A DNA stretch of 64,000 bases from Candidatus Dojkabacteria bacterium (GTDB lineage: Bacteria > Patescibacteriota > Dojkabacteria > B142 > JAFGMG01), in contig JAFGMG010000005.1 in assembly GCA_016927655.1 (NCBI GenBank), forward strand, positions 11,991-75,990, given 5' to 3'. Under the pieces are notes generated by a model. That model saw only the letters and a program-made list of their open reading frames with translations, made no database searches and was not told the DNA's origin. A program made the translations under genes and the position numbers. This document shows, piece by piece, positions 39,968 through 50,138 of this stretch; position 1 is the stretch's first letter, and every line of letters begins with the position of its first letter.

Positions 39968-42850
39968 ATGGCAAAGTATACAACTAAAATTAGAAAGAGA
40001 AAGAATACAAGAAATTATGCTTTGGGAAAATGGTCCAATGATAGAAATGTAAAAGGAAAGAAAAAGCTTAATAAAAAAAGACGTGAAAAGATAAAAAAAA
40101 TCGCATACACCGCGCTAGGAGCATTTGTAATTGCTTCTTTTGTGAGTATTGTCCTTGTATTATGGTATGTACAGCAAATCAGCAAAGACCTTCCGAGCCC
40201 TGACGAGCCATTTGGCTCTAAAAATTCAGCAAGTGTGATATACGACAGGAATGGCGAACAGCTTTATAAAGTCTATGGGAATGAGAATAGAGATCCATTG
40301 GAACTGCCGGAAGACGGTAAAATCACTGATGTGGTCACAAATGAAATGGTATGGGCTGTTCTGGCCGCTGAGGATATAGATTTTTATCAGCATCCCGGGT
40401 TTGATGTCACATCAACTACTAAGTGTGCATTTAAAAATGCTGCTGGGACGTCTGGCTGCGGTGGAAGCACAATTACTCAACAGCTAGTCAAGCAAACTGT
40501 ACTTACAAATGAAAAGAAAATTGAAAGAAAGGTAAAGGAATTGATTTTGGCCCTGCAGGTTGAGAGGAAATACAGCAAGGATCAAATTCTTGCTATGTAT
40601 ATGACAGTTGCCCCTATGGGAAGCAATGTCTATGGAGTCAATACCGGGGCAAGGTTTTATTTTGGGAAGGACCTGGATGAATTGACGCTTGCTGAAACTG
40701 CAGTGCTTGCATCCCTTCCGCAAAATCCTTCTGTTCTTTCCCCTACTCTTTCTACTGATCCGGAAGGATCAAAGGAGAAACTTGATACAAGAAAGAACTA
40801 TGTCCTTGATCAAATGCTCAAGTATAAAAACAAAATAAATCGTGAGGTTGGGGACGATCAGTTTATAACCGAGGAAAAAATTGAAGAAGCTAGAAATCAG
40901 GAACTAGTCTACATTGAGCCTAGGATTGATATTAAAGCTCCTCATTTTGTATTTTATGTGCAAAAGCTTTTGCAGGAAAGAGGATATAATGATGGAGTGC
41001 CATTTACATTAGCAGACCTTGAAACCAGCGGGTTGAAGATATACACGACAATGGATTATGAGCTTCAAAAATCTGCAGAAAAACAAGTACTTGAAAAGGG
41101 AGTTGGTAAATACGGAGCACAATATGGATCCAAAAATGCCGGAATGACAGTTGTCCGGCCAAGTACTGGAGAGGTACTCGTATACGTGGGTTCTAAAGAT
41201 TATTTTGCCGAAAAAGAGGGAAAACTGTTCGATCCAAAAGTCGATCTGCTTACTTCCCTGCAGCAGCCTGGATCATCCGCAAAACCAATTACTTACTATA
41301 ACGCATTCAACACAGCCGTTGCAGCACCAGGGACACAATTGATGGATATCCCTATTGAAATCGGAAATTACAAACCGAAAAATTCTGATGGATCATTTAG
41401 CGGAATTCATAGTGCCAGATATCATCTGGTACATTCCAAAAATATTCCTGCAATTGAACTTCTGATGGCAACTGGTGTCGCGCAATACATTGATACAGCC
41501 AAAACATTTGGCTATACAACTTTTGGTGAGCCGAGCAATTATGGCCCTGCAATCACCCTTGGAGCAGCTGATGTGAAGCCAATTGAGCATGCTGAAGCTT
41601 TCGGGGTCTTTGCAAATGGCGGAGATCATGTGCAGCACGAGGTTATTATGAAAATTGAAGACAAAAACGGGAAAGTAATATATGAAGCGGATCCTCAAAA
41701 AGAAAGAGTGGCAGATGAACGGGCAATTTATCTTGTAAATGACGTCTTAAAAGGAGTTCCAGTAGATGGGATCAATAATTTCAAGGGTGACGGCAGACAA
41801 GTTGCAGCTAAAACAGGAACTTCAGAAAGCCAGATAGATACCTGGTATGCTCTTTATAGTCCGGATTTTGTAGCAATTGGCTATCTTGGGAATAATGACA
41901 ATACTCCAATGAGAAGCGGAGCTTTTGGATCGACCAGTGTAAAACCATGGGTGCAGGAATATATGTCCTCGATTCTTGCTTATTTCCCCGAAAAAACTGC
42001 ATTCAGCAGACCCGGGGGCATTACTCAGAAGCAGATTTGCCAGGAAATAAGCGGCTCGAAGGTGTGTGAAGGAGAAAGCGATTTGATGATTGAAGGCAAA
42101 GAGCCGCCAGTTTATATTGCCAGAAAGAATTTTACAGTTTGCGATGATCAGCAGGATAGACTGGCAAGAGAAATAGATATTTCGACTGGCCACTCAATGG
42201 AAAAGACATTTACCAAATATCTAATGCCGGCAGAAGAACTTCAGGAATGGGCAGATAGATATCTCTCTGGTAAAGGGATGATTTTCCCGACAGAGCAATG
42301 TACGGTTGATCGAAGCCCAAATGAAGGAAAGCCCTGGGCAGTCGTCAGCTCTCCAACAACCGGAGGAACTTATACCGGAAATATGAGTGTGTCTTTCACA
42401 GCCTATACTACTGCTGGAATTGTTTCGAAAGTGGAAATCTATATAGATTCGACGAAATACGCCGAAACTACTACCTTGCCTTATTCCGGGACACTTGATA
42501 TCAGCGGTCTTTCGGCAGGAACACATACTCTGCGACTCAAAGTGTACGATAGTGTCGGGAACATGGGCGAAACGACAGTTAGTTTTGGAATTTCTAACGG
42601 AGGTTTTACTATCAATTCTCCAAGTGGAACTGATTTATCCAGTCCGGTAAATGTCAGTGCATCTTTCACAGGATCTGGGACTCCTTCAAATGTGAAGTTC
42701 TGTGTAAATGGGAGCTGTACAATATCTATGAGTGGTTCTGGAAGCGGCCCATACACAGCAACATGGAGTCCAAGCGCTGGTACTTATCAAATTCAGGTGA
42801 AATCGGACGGCGGCTACAGCAGCTCAGTAAAAACAGTCACGATTTTGTAG
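39968..42850 (+). CDS. Class A penicillin-binding protein (PBP1A-like) with C-terminal Ig-like domains
   Basis: AAED..FY.H.G and GSTITQQL glycosyltransferase motifs; SSAK, SKN and KTG transpeptidase motifs; two Ser/Thr/Gly-rich Ig-like repeats. Confidence 0.93.
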   Translation: MAKYTTKIRKRKNTRNYALGKWSNDRNVKGKKKLNKKRREKIKKIAYTALGAFVIASFVSIVLVLWYVQQISKDLPSPDEPFGSKNSASVIYDRNGEQLYKVYGNENRDPLELPEDGKITDVVTNEMVWAVLAAEDIDFYQHPGFDVTSTTKCAFKNAAGTSGCGGSTITQQLVKQTVLTNEKKIERKVKELILALQVERKYSKDQILAMYMTVAPMGSNVYGVNTGARFYFGKDLDELTLAETAVLASLPQNPSVLSPTLSTDPEGSKEKLDTRKNYVLDQMLKYKNKINREVGDDQFITEEKIEEARNQELVYIEPRIDIKAPHFVFYVQKLLQERGYNDGVPFTLADLETSGLKIYTTMDYELQKSAEKQVLEKGVGKYGAQYGSKNAGMTVVRPSTGEVLVYVGSKDYFAEKEGKLFDPKVDLLTSLQQPGSSAKPITYYNAFNTAVAAPGTQLMDIPIEIGNYKPKNSDGSFSGIHSARYHLVHSKNIPAIELLMATGVAQYIDTAKTFGYTTFGEPSNYGPAITLGAADVKPIEHAEAFGVFANGGDHVQHEVIMKIEDKNGKVIYEADPQKERVADERAIYLVNDVLKGVPVDGINNFKGDGRQVAAKTGTSESQIDTWYALYSPDFVAIGYLGNNDNTPMRSGAFGSTSVKPWVQEYMSSILAYFPEKTAFSRPGGITQKQICQEISGSKVCEGESDLMIEGKEPPVYIARKNFTVCDDQQDRLAREIDISTGHSMEKTFTKYLMPAEELQEWADRYLSGKGMIFPTEQCTVDRSPNEGKPWAVVSSPTTGGTYTGNMSVSFTAYTTAGIVSKVEIYIDSTKYAETTTLPYSGTLDISGLSAGTHTLRLKVYDSVGNMGETTVSFGISNGGFTINSPSGTDLSSPVNVSASFTGSGTPSNVKFCVNGSCTISMSGSGSGPYTATWSPSAGTYQIQVKSDGGYSSSVKTVTIL

Positions 42851-42855
42851 TGAAA

Positions 42856-45318
42856 TTATTTCCTAAGTTTTGCTTTGTGCTTAGTCTCAAGCGTTTTTGT
42901 AATGGTGGAGATCGCCTGTTCTACTCCTTTTTGATCAAGCGTTTCTGTGCTGGAGCGAAGGACTAAACTAAGGGTTATACTTTTTTCGTTTTTCCCTTTG
43001 ATATCTTCGTAAATATCGCTGATTTCAACTGTCTCGAGAATATCAAGAGCAAGTTCTTTAATGGTTCCAATTATCAGGCCGGTTTCGGTCCTTTCGGGTA
43101 CAAAGAAGCTTAGATCTCTATAGACTGCCGGGAAATCACTTGGATCTTTATATTCCGGCTCTTTTGATGTATTTAAAAGGCCGTCTATCTCAAATTCAAG
43201 AATGCTCAAGTTTCCATCAATTCCCCAATTATTCTTCGCGGATGGATGAATATTCCCGAATAGCCCGATTGGCTTTGAATCCAAAAAGATTACTCCGCTT
43301 TGCATAGGATGGGAAAATTTTTCTAATTTGAACACCGTCAGATCCTTGAGAAGCTCGGTTTTTATTGAAATTCCCAGATCATCTGCAAGCTGGTCAAGTA
43401 TGCCCTTGGTTTGTTTGAAAGTGTCCTTTGTCTGACTGTAAACTGCAATCCCCAGTCTAAAAGGCTGATTCGGAAGTTTCTCGTCGTTTTTGCTATATTT
43501 ATCAATGACTCTTGAAATTTCAAAAAGGGCAAAATTATCGCAGTGATTTTTCAAATTCAGCTTGATTTTTTCAACAAGCGATGGGCTGATCGAATGCCTG
43601 AGGTATTGAAGCTCAGGGCTTAGAGGATTTGTAATTTTTAGAAAGTCTTTGATCTCGAGATTTGATTTATTGATAATTTCTTCTCCAATCATTGTGTATG
43701 AATACATCTCGTCAATGCCGTACCCGGAAAGGAGGTTTTTCAGCTTTCTGATAAATAATCTCTTCGAATTATGATGTGAAGGGGTCAAATCCCTTGTCGG
43801 CAACGTCTTTGGCATATTATGAAATCCATGAATCCTTGCTATCTCCTCTACAATATCCTCTTCTATTTTTAAATCGCGCCTGAATGATGGAATTATCAAT
43901 CTGATTTTATTAGACTGATCTACTTGGCTCAAGTTATTTTCTTCGATCATTTCATCCCCAATTACTTCAATTTGAAGATTCTCAAGCGTACTGATGATTT
44001 CTTCTTTAGTAATGTCGATGCCTAGAATTTTTGCAACTGTGTTTAGATCAAATAGTATTTCTACTGGATTCTCAGGATTAGGATAAAGGTCTACAATTTG
44101 TGATGCAATTTCGCCCCCTGCTATGTCTATAATGGTATTCGCACCTACCTTAAGACATTCAGTAAGTCTTGTTGGATCGAGACCTTTTTCGAATCTCAGG
44201 CTCGCTTCTGTTCGAAGACCCAGGTCCCTTGATGTCCGTCTTATTTCAAACATGTTCCAGTTTTCAACTACAAGTGTTACGTTTTTTGTGCTATTTTCAA
44301 TCTCTGTTCTTTCTCCTCCCATAATTCCTGGAATCCCGATCGCCCCTTTATTGTCTGCTAGAACGATATGCGAGCTTTTTAATTTATAATTTTTGCCGTC
44401 TAGTGCTTTAATTTCTCCTGCGTCTTTCGCCATTCTAATCACGATTTTGCTGCCAGCGAGCTTGTCATAATCAAATGCATGAGCCGGCTGGCCGATATCT
44501 GCTGCCATGTAGTTTGTAGTATCAATGATATTATTGAGCGGACGTATCCCGGTGACTGCAAGCCTCGCCTGCATCCAGAATGGCGAAGGTTTGATCTGGA
44601 CATCTTTGATGCAAAGAGCTGTAAATCTCGGGCAAAAGTCTTGTTTGACTTTATATTCGACAGCTAAAGAAAGTCCCTCTGCTGTTTGAGTTATATTCTC
44701 TTGAAGTTCATGACTCTCTTCAAGCTTGAGATTTAGAATGGTCGATAATTCTCTTGCGATGCCAAGATGCGAAAATGTATCCGGTCTGTGAGTGAGTGCC
44801 TTGTTTTCTATTTCAAGAATGCTGTCTTTGAGATATTCATCAAGACTTTTGCCTAGCTGTTCTTCTGGATCTAGGATCATTACCTGTTTGTGCTCGTCTA
44901 CAAGCCCAAGCTCTTTAATTGAACAAAGAACTCCCTGGGAATTTATTCCGTCAATCTCTTTTTCAGTTATCTGAAGTGACTTTTGACTGCCAAATTCACC
45001 CGCTGGATCAAGAATGCTCCCTCCCGGCAGGCACACGGGGACTTTGTCCCCTGCCTGGACTTTTTCTCCGCCGCCATGAATTATCTGCTTTGTGGTGTTT
45101 GAATTTATTTTTACCTGGCATATCTGCAGTTTGTCATTTTTGGGATGTGGTTCTGCGGAAACAATTTCGCCAACGACGATGCTATTTACACCTTCCCCGA
45201 CTCTTGTTACTCGTTCGACCTCAGCAATTGAATTGCTCAATTCTTCAGCCACCATATTTGCATCCACTTGATCGATTGTCGGAAGGTATTGTTGCAGCCA
45301 GTTTAATGAAATTAACAA
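42856..45318 (-). CDS. pheT: Phenylalanine--tRNA ligase beta subunit
   Basis: MLISLNWL, HRPD, RFEKG, RRDL..EEDIVEEIARIHG, FPAVYRDLSF. Confidence 0.96.
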   Translation of the reverse strand: MLISLNWLQQYLPTIDQVDANMVAEELSNSIAEVERVTRVGEGVNSIVVGEIVSAEPHPKNDKLQICQVKINSNTTKQIIHGGGEKVQAGDKVPVCLPGGSILDPAGEFGSQKSLQITEKEIDGINSQGVLCSIKELGLVDEHKQVMILDPEEQLGKSLDEYLKDSILEIENKALTHRPDTFSHLGIARELSTILNLKLEESHELQENITQTAEGLSLAVEYKVKQDFCPRFTALCIKDVQIKPSPFWMQARLAVTGIRPLNNIIDTTNYMAADIGQPAHAFDYDKLAGSKIVIRMAKDAGEIKALDGKNYKLKSSHIVLADNKGAIGIPGIMGGERTEIENSTKNVTLVVENWNMFEIRRTSRDLGLRTEASLRFEKGLDPTRLTECLKVGANTIIDIAGGEIASQIVDLYPNPENPVEILFDLNTVAKILGIDITKEEIISTLENLQIEVIGDEMIEENNLSQVDQSNKIRLIIPSFRRDLKIEEDIVEEIARIHGFHNMPKTLPTRDLTPSHHNSKRLFIRKLKNLLSGYGIDEMYSYTMIGEEIINKSNLEIKDFLKITNPLSPELQYLRHSISPSLVEKIKLNLKNHCDNFALFEISRVIDKYSKNDEKLPNQPFRLGIAVYSQTKDTFKQTKGILDQLADDLGISIKTELLKDLTVFKLEKFSHPMQSGVIFLDSKPIGLFGNIHPSAKNNWGIDGNLSILEFEIDGLLNTSKEPEYKDPSDFPAVYRDLSFFVPERTETGLIIGTIKELALDILETVEISDIYEDIKGKNEKSITLSLVLRSSTETLDQKGVEQAISTITKTLETKHKAKLRK

Positions 45319-45334
45319 AGCATAAATTTAATAA

Positions 45335-46369
45335 TTAGTTGAACTGTTTGATAAATCTTAAATCCCCTTTGTGAAAAAGTCTGATGTCATTGATATTGTG
45401 CTTGAGCATGATCAGTCTTTCAAGGCCGAAACCCCATGCAAAGCCCGTGTAGCTGGTCGAATCAATTCCGGCCATTTCAAGGACTTTGGGATGTATCATC
45501 CCACAGCCTAGAATTTCCAGCCAGCCGCTTCCCTTGCAGACTTTGCAGCCTTTCCCGTCACAAAGTACACAGGTCAAGGCAATCTGCCCCCCAGGCTCGA
45601 CAAATGGGAAATAATCAGGAATAAATTTCACGTCAATGTCTTTTTCAAAAAATGCTTCAAAATACGTTTTCAGAGTTCCAAGCATATCTGTCATTGTTAT
45701 GCCTTTATCGACATAAATACCTTCAACTTGATAAAAAGTATGTTCGTGTCTGGCATCGGTTGCTTCATTCCTGAAGCATTTGCCTGGGACTATTATTCGA
45801 ATCGGCGGTTTTTTGTTTTTCATAACCCTGTTTTGCATTGATGATGTGTGCGTGATCAGGACATTTTTGTCTTCTGTCCAAAATGTGTCCCATGCATCTC
45901 TTGCGGGGTGGCCTTTTGGGATATTTACACTCTCGAAATTATGGTAATCGTCGTCAATCTCGTATGGCATCTCAACTTCAAATCCCATATTTACAAAAAT
46001 GTCTTCTGTTTTCTGCATTAGCTGGGTGATTGGGTGAAGAGAACCTCTCTGTGGTCTAACGCCCGGTGCTGTTACGTCTTTCCAGTCTTCTTTGAGATTT
46101 TTTTCCAGTTTTTGATTTTCGATTGTTTTTGTTGCGGTTTCAACCAGGCTTTCAATTCCTGCTTTCACTTCGTTTGCCCTTTTGCCTACCTCTGCTCTGT
46201 CTTCTTGTTTAACCTCTTTTACTTTTTTGAGAATATCTGTAAGTGCTGATTTGCGCCCCAGATATTTTGTTCTAAGCTCATCCAGCTTTTTGCTGTCTGT
46301 GACATTTTTGAAATCGTCTCTTGCGCAACTTCCAAGCTTGTCTAAGTTGTCTAAAACTTCGTTTTTCAT
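45335..46369 (-). CDS. pheS: Phenylalanine--tRNA ligase alpha subunit
   Basis: HPARD, THTS, FYQVEG, FPFVEP, LGCGM, GFAWGFGLERL; start MKNEV at 46369. Confidence 0.97.
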   Translation of the reverse strand: MKNEVLDNLDKLGSCARDDFKNVTDSKKLDELRTKYLGRKSALTDILKKVKEVKQEDRAEVGKRANEVKAGIESLVETATKTIENQKLEKNLKEDWKDVTAPGVRPQRGSLHPITQLMQKTEDIFVNMGFEVEMPYEIDDDYHNFESVNIPKGHPARDAWDTFWTEDKNVLITHTSSMQNRVMKNKKPPIRIIVPGKCFRNEATDARHEHTFYQVEGIYVDKGITMTDMLGTLKTYFEAFFEKDIDVKFIPDYFPFVEPGGQIALTCVLCDGKGCKVCKGSGWLEILGCGMIHPKVLEMAGIDSTSYTGFAWGFGLERLIMLKHNINDIRLFHKGDLRFIKQFN

Positions 46370-46404
46370 TATGATGTATCTTAACGCTGTAATTATATTC
46401 ATAA

Positions 46405-48264
46405 ATGAATCAAACGGCAAGAAGAACGCAAACTATCGCAATTATTGGGATGATTATCTTGATTGTAGCTATTCCTTTTACTATTGCTGCAATCAATCTA
46501 TTTCTTGATATCAGCTCACAAGCTGACCCGCAGAAAACTCCAGTCGAGGTTGTGATTTCTAACAAAAGCGAGAGTTCCGTAACTATTTCGTGGGTGACTG
46601 AATTGGATAGTGAGGGCCTGGTGCAGTATGGGACTTCTGAGGATAGCCTGAATCTTGTCGGGAATGATCTTAGAGATCTTGGGGGTGACAGCCTTAATGG
46701 GTACAAAACGCATATAGTCACTCTTCGGAATTTGAGTCCATCAACGGAATACTTCTACAAAATACTTTCGGATGGTGAAGAATATGTCGAAGGAACAGGA
46801 AGCTTTCAGACCTTCGCTGTTGAAAGCAGCGTGGGCGTTCCCAAGACTTTAAAAGGCAGCGTTGGATCCTCAAGTCCGTACGCTCTTGTGTATACTTATG
46901 CTACGAACAACCGGACCAGATCTGAAATTAGATCAACTTATACTTCTGCCAATGGAACTTTCACTTTTGATATTGCAAATTTGCGGACTGAGGATGGAAG
47001 TTCAACAATGCCAACTGAGGGAGTAAAACTAGTTACTTATGTAAATGCATCCGATCTTGGAAAGATCCGCAAAATTCATGATGTTGATGAAGATCCGGGA
47101 GATCTAAGTCTTGGGACTGAAGATATTGCCTTTGATTATAACGTGCAGGTCACTCTAGACGATGTGGCTGACGATACTGGCGGTGACACTACCCCAACTC
47201 CAACACCAACTACTCCGAAGCCTTCTACCACGACTCCGACAATTACTGCAAATCGTGTCAGCCTTGTAGATCCGACAATCCCCGAGAATATTTTTGTCAG
47301 TAATATCAATACAACCAGTTTTACGGTAAATTGGATTACAAAACAGCCGACTAGCGGATATCTGACCTACGGAGAAACAAGCACTAGTCTCTCAAAGGCA
47401 GTTCTGGACATACGTGATAGCTCAAAGGACATAGAAAGATTTACTCATAGTGTGAAAGTTACTAAGTCTGATCTTGAGGCTGGGGATATTTTATATTACA
47501 AAATTGTCTCGGAAGAAAAATCCTACGGCAGCTCAGGAACGACGGGAAGCTCTGCTTATGAGTTTGAGGCGCCGGCGATTTTAGACTCTCCTCCAACTCC
47601 CGATGCGGTGACCGGCATTTTGAATTATCTTTCTGGCAGCAGATTGTCTAATGAAAAGCGGGATTTTATCATCTACGGCCGGCTGGAAGATGCAAATGCG
47701 AACGTTTCCTCGTATATTTCTACAGTACCTGCCTATGAGAGTAATGGATGGACACTGGCATTGAATGCCAGGAAAGCAGATTTGAGTGATAGTTTTGACG
47801 ACGCAACTGAAATTGGTTTGGAAGTCGTTGGTGAATACAATTCGAATTCCAGCAGAAATGTCACGATATCTGAAGATACCGTGCAGATTGCGGTAAATCC
47901 GGGGTTAAGCCTTGATACACTTCGTCACAATGAATCTTATCCTACCGTTACAAAACTTGCGGGGACTGCTACTCCGAATGCATCTGTGAAAGTTACTATT
48001 GACGGTTCAAATGACACGATTGCAGCGACTGCAGATTCGACAGGCGAATGGGAAAGTGGTGCGGTTTCGTTTGATCAGGATACATATATTATTGGTGTTT
48101 CTGATTCAAATCAGGCGATGACTCTTAGTTTTGTGGTGGATTTGTCTGCTCTGCCGGCGACTGGCCTGGGACGCAACGAAATGATAATCATTGCGGGGAT
48201 CGCACTGGTAGTGCTTGGTATTGGACTTCGGTATTGGGGAGTCAAGCAAAAGGTTCTTACTTAA
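46405..48264 (+). CDS. FN3/Ig-domain surface protein with LPxTG sortase-type anchor
   Basis: Two FN3-like repeats (VTISWVT...YG...H.V.L..L.P.T.Y.Y); PT-rich linker; C-terminal LPATG, TM helix and basic tail. Confidence 0.8.
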   Translation: MNQTARRTQTIAIIGMIILIVAIPFTIAAINLFLDISSQADPQKTPVEVVISNKSESSVTISWVTELDSEGLVQYGTSEDSLNLVGNDLRDLGGDSLNGYKTHIVTLRNLSPSTEYFYKILSDGEEYVEGTGSFQTFAVESSVGVPKTLKGSVGSSSPYALVYTYATNNRTRSEIRSTYTSANGTFTFDIANLRTEDGSSTMPTEGVKLVTYVNASDLGKIRKIHDVDEDPGDLSLGTEDIAFDYNVQVTLDDVADDTGGDTTPTPTPTTPKPSTTTPTITANRVSLVDPTIPENIFVSNINTTSFTVNWITKQPTSGYLTYGETSTSLSKAVLDIRDSSKDIERFTHSVKVTKSDLEAGDILYYKIVSEEKSYGSSGTTGSSAYEFEAPAILDSPPTPDAVTGILNYLSGSRLSNEKRDFIIYGRLEDANANVSSYISTVPAYESNGWTLALNARKADLSDSFDDATEIGLEVVGEYNSNSSRNVTISEDTVQIAVNPGLSLDTLRHNESYPTVTKLAGTATPNASVKVTIDGSNDTIAATADSTGEWESGAVSFDQDTYIIGVSDSNQAMTLSFVVDLSALPATGLGRNEMIIIAGIALVVLGIGLRYWGVKQKVLT

Positions 48265-48598
48265 CCTTTTTTACAATAGCTTTGAAAGTCTCCGGGTATT
48301 CGAATGCCAGTTCTGAGAGAATTTTCCTGTCTAATTCGATATTCGCTTTCTTTAAATTGCCAATAAACGTGCTGTATTTCATTTTTTCAGTAGAAAGAGC
48401 GGCATTGATTCTCTGGATCCAAAGCCTTCTGAATTGTCCTTTTCTTTTCTTCCTGTGAGCGAAACTGTACTGTCCAGCGTGAAGCCTGGCTTCTTTGGCT
48501 CTTTTTACCAGCTTGCTATAGCTTAGTCTGTAGCCTTTTGTCAGTTTAAGAATTTTATTATGTTTGGCTTTTTTGGTCTTTCCTCTTTTAATTCTCAT
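48257..48598 (-). CDS. rplT: 50S ribosomal protein L20
   Basis: MRIKRG, FRRLWIQRINAA, LDRKILSELA. Confidence 0.97.
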   Translation of the reverse strand: MRIKRGKTKKAKHNKILKLTKGYRLSYSKLVKRAKEARLHAGQYSFAHRKKRKGQFRRLWIQRINAALSTEKMKYSTFIGNLKKANIELDRKILSELAFEYPETFKAIVKKVK

Positions 48599-48801
48599 TT
48601 GTTAGTGATTAATTTTTTAAGTGCCTTTATTTGTGTCCTGGAGCCTAGCTGGCTTCTTTTTCCCTGCCTGTTTTTTGTTCTGTTGGATTTGTTGGCCTTC
48701 AAGTGGTCATTGTCGTACTGTCTCTTGTGTACAAGCTTGCCTGACGCGGTTTTTTTGAACCTTTTTGCTGTTGCTTTGTGTGTTTTAATTCCTTTTCCCA
48801 T
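48595..48801 (-). CDS. rpmI: 50S ribosomal protein L35
   Basis: KTHKATAKRFKKTASGK; lies between infC and rplT. Confidence 0.95.
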   Translation of the reverse strand: MGKGIKTHKATAKRFKKTASGKLVHKRQYDNDHLKANKSNRTKNRQGKRSQLGSRTQIKALKKLITNK

Positions 48802-48811
48802 GTTTTTGATT

Positions 48812-49360
48812 TTAACTTTTTTTAGGTCGTAAAATTAATGACAGATTTCTTCCTTCTCTTTTTGGCGGGTCATCGTTTGGTTCAAATTTACCTTCCATTT
48901 TGGTAAGAATTCTCTGGATCAGATCGTTCATCTGTTCGTTTTGAGTTCTTCCAACGGGTCTGATTTGAATTTTGACCGGATGCCTTTTTTCTAAAAATTC
49001 TGTAACTTTCTTTAGTTTGTGATTCAGATCTCCCTCTTCGATATGAACTTTGAACCACATTTCTTTCTGCTCTGCTGATTTGTTCTTCTTGGCGTCTCTC
49101 TTTTTCTTTGTTATCTCGTATTTGTATTTCGAAAATGACATGATTTTGGCTACCGGTGGATTGGCTTTTGGTGAGATTTCTATCAGATCAAGTCCATCTT
49201 CCAATGCTAGCCTTACTGCTTCTTTTGTATCCATTTCTCCGAGTGGTTCTTCTGCTCCATCACGTAATACAAAAACTCTTTCTGCTTGTATATAGTGATT
49301 TTTGTTCACTCTGATCTGGGGTTCTGGTTGTTTGTAGCCCCCTCTTCTAAACTTTCTTAT
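48812..49360 (-). CDS. infC: Translation initiation factor IF-3 (probable non-AUG start)
   Basis: GLDLIEISPKANPPVAKI, KYKYE, DLNHKL; no in-frame ATG at the 5' end, ATA at 49360 is the likely start. Confidence 0.93.
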   Translation of the reverse strand: MRKFRRGGYKQPEPQIRVNKNHYIQAERVFVLRDGAEEPLGEMDTKEAVRLALEDGLDLIEISPKANPPVAKIMSFSKYKYEITKKKRDAKKNKSAEQKEMWFKVHIEEGDLNHKLKKVTEFLEKRHPVKIQIRPVGRTQNEQMNDLIQRILTKMEGKFEPNDDPPKREGRNLSLILRPKKS

Positions 49361-49431
49361 ATCTAAACAAGTTAACAATTACTAGGGTGATTTTAACAGA
49401 GACGGTGGGAATTCTCAACTGTTTGGTTGGA

Positions 49432-50022
49432 TTAATTGTCATAAACTCCTTGGACGAAATAGATGTCCGGTAGATCCCATCGGGCTTCTTTAAACGCTCT
49501 AATCGCCCTAAGTTCGATCGAGGATGTTGTCATAGAATATTGATCTCTAAAAATAGGTGTTTCTGTAGGACAAAACGCCATTGCGATATTTTTTCCTTGT
49601 TTTTTTGTCTCGTAAATAATGGGTAGAAGATGAGTCATTGTGTCCCAAATCCTTTTTTCCCAATAGGCTTGATTCTCTTTGGGCCCTGCTAGGTCTTGTA
49701 TATATTTATATTGAGATTCTGTAAATTCCCATATTATATCTCCTCTTCTATCGGGGTTTTTTCCATCTGCGATTAACTTGGTGCTATATGCATCATTCCA
49801 TGGACACATTTTTCGCGATTCTGTACAGTAATCTTCTATGACCCCAGAATACTGATCATCTGATGGACCAAATACATAAACTGCATCGTATCCTTCCGCG
49901 AGGTCGGGGAGTTCACCTGCATCTATGACTTTTATCTGGCCAGGATTTTCGCCGATTAGGTCTAGAATGCCTGGTTCGCTGTCGGTTATATTTTGTTGTT
50001 GTTCTGGGCTTAAAGTTGTCAT
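49432..50022 (-). CDS. Hypothetical protein, possible divergent macro domain
   Basis: IKVIDAGEL..L..GYDAVY, KNIAMAFCPTETPIF and LPDIYFV resemble macro-fold segments. Confidence 0.45.
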   Translation of the reverse strand: MTTLSPEQQQNITDSEPGILDLIGENPGQIKVIDAGELPDLAEGYDAVYVFGPSDDQYSGVIEDYCTESRKMCPWNDAYSTKLIADGKNPDRRGDIIWEFTESQYKYIQDLAGPKENQAYWEKRIWDTMTHLLPIIYETKKQGKNIAMAFCPTETPIFRDQYSMTTSSIELRAIRAFKEARWDLPDIYFVQGVYDN

Positions 50023-50138
50023 TATATACGAGAAGTATATATAGTCATCATAGCATTTTTGCGACAGTTTTTCACTATATTTCATGTTTTGTAAGTCTTT
50101 ATATTCTGGTATTATCGGGTAGTTTTTAGGTTGGAATT

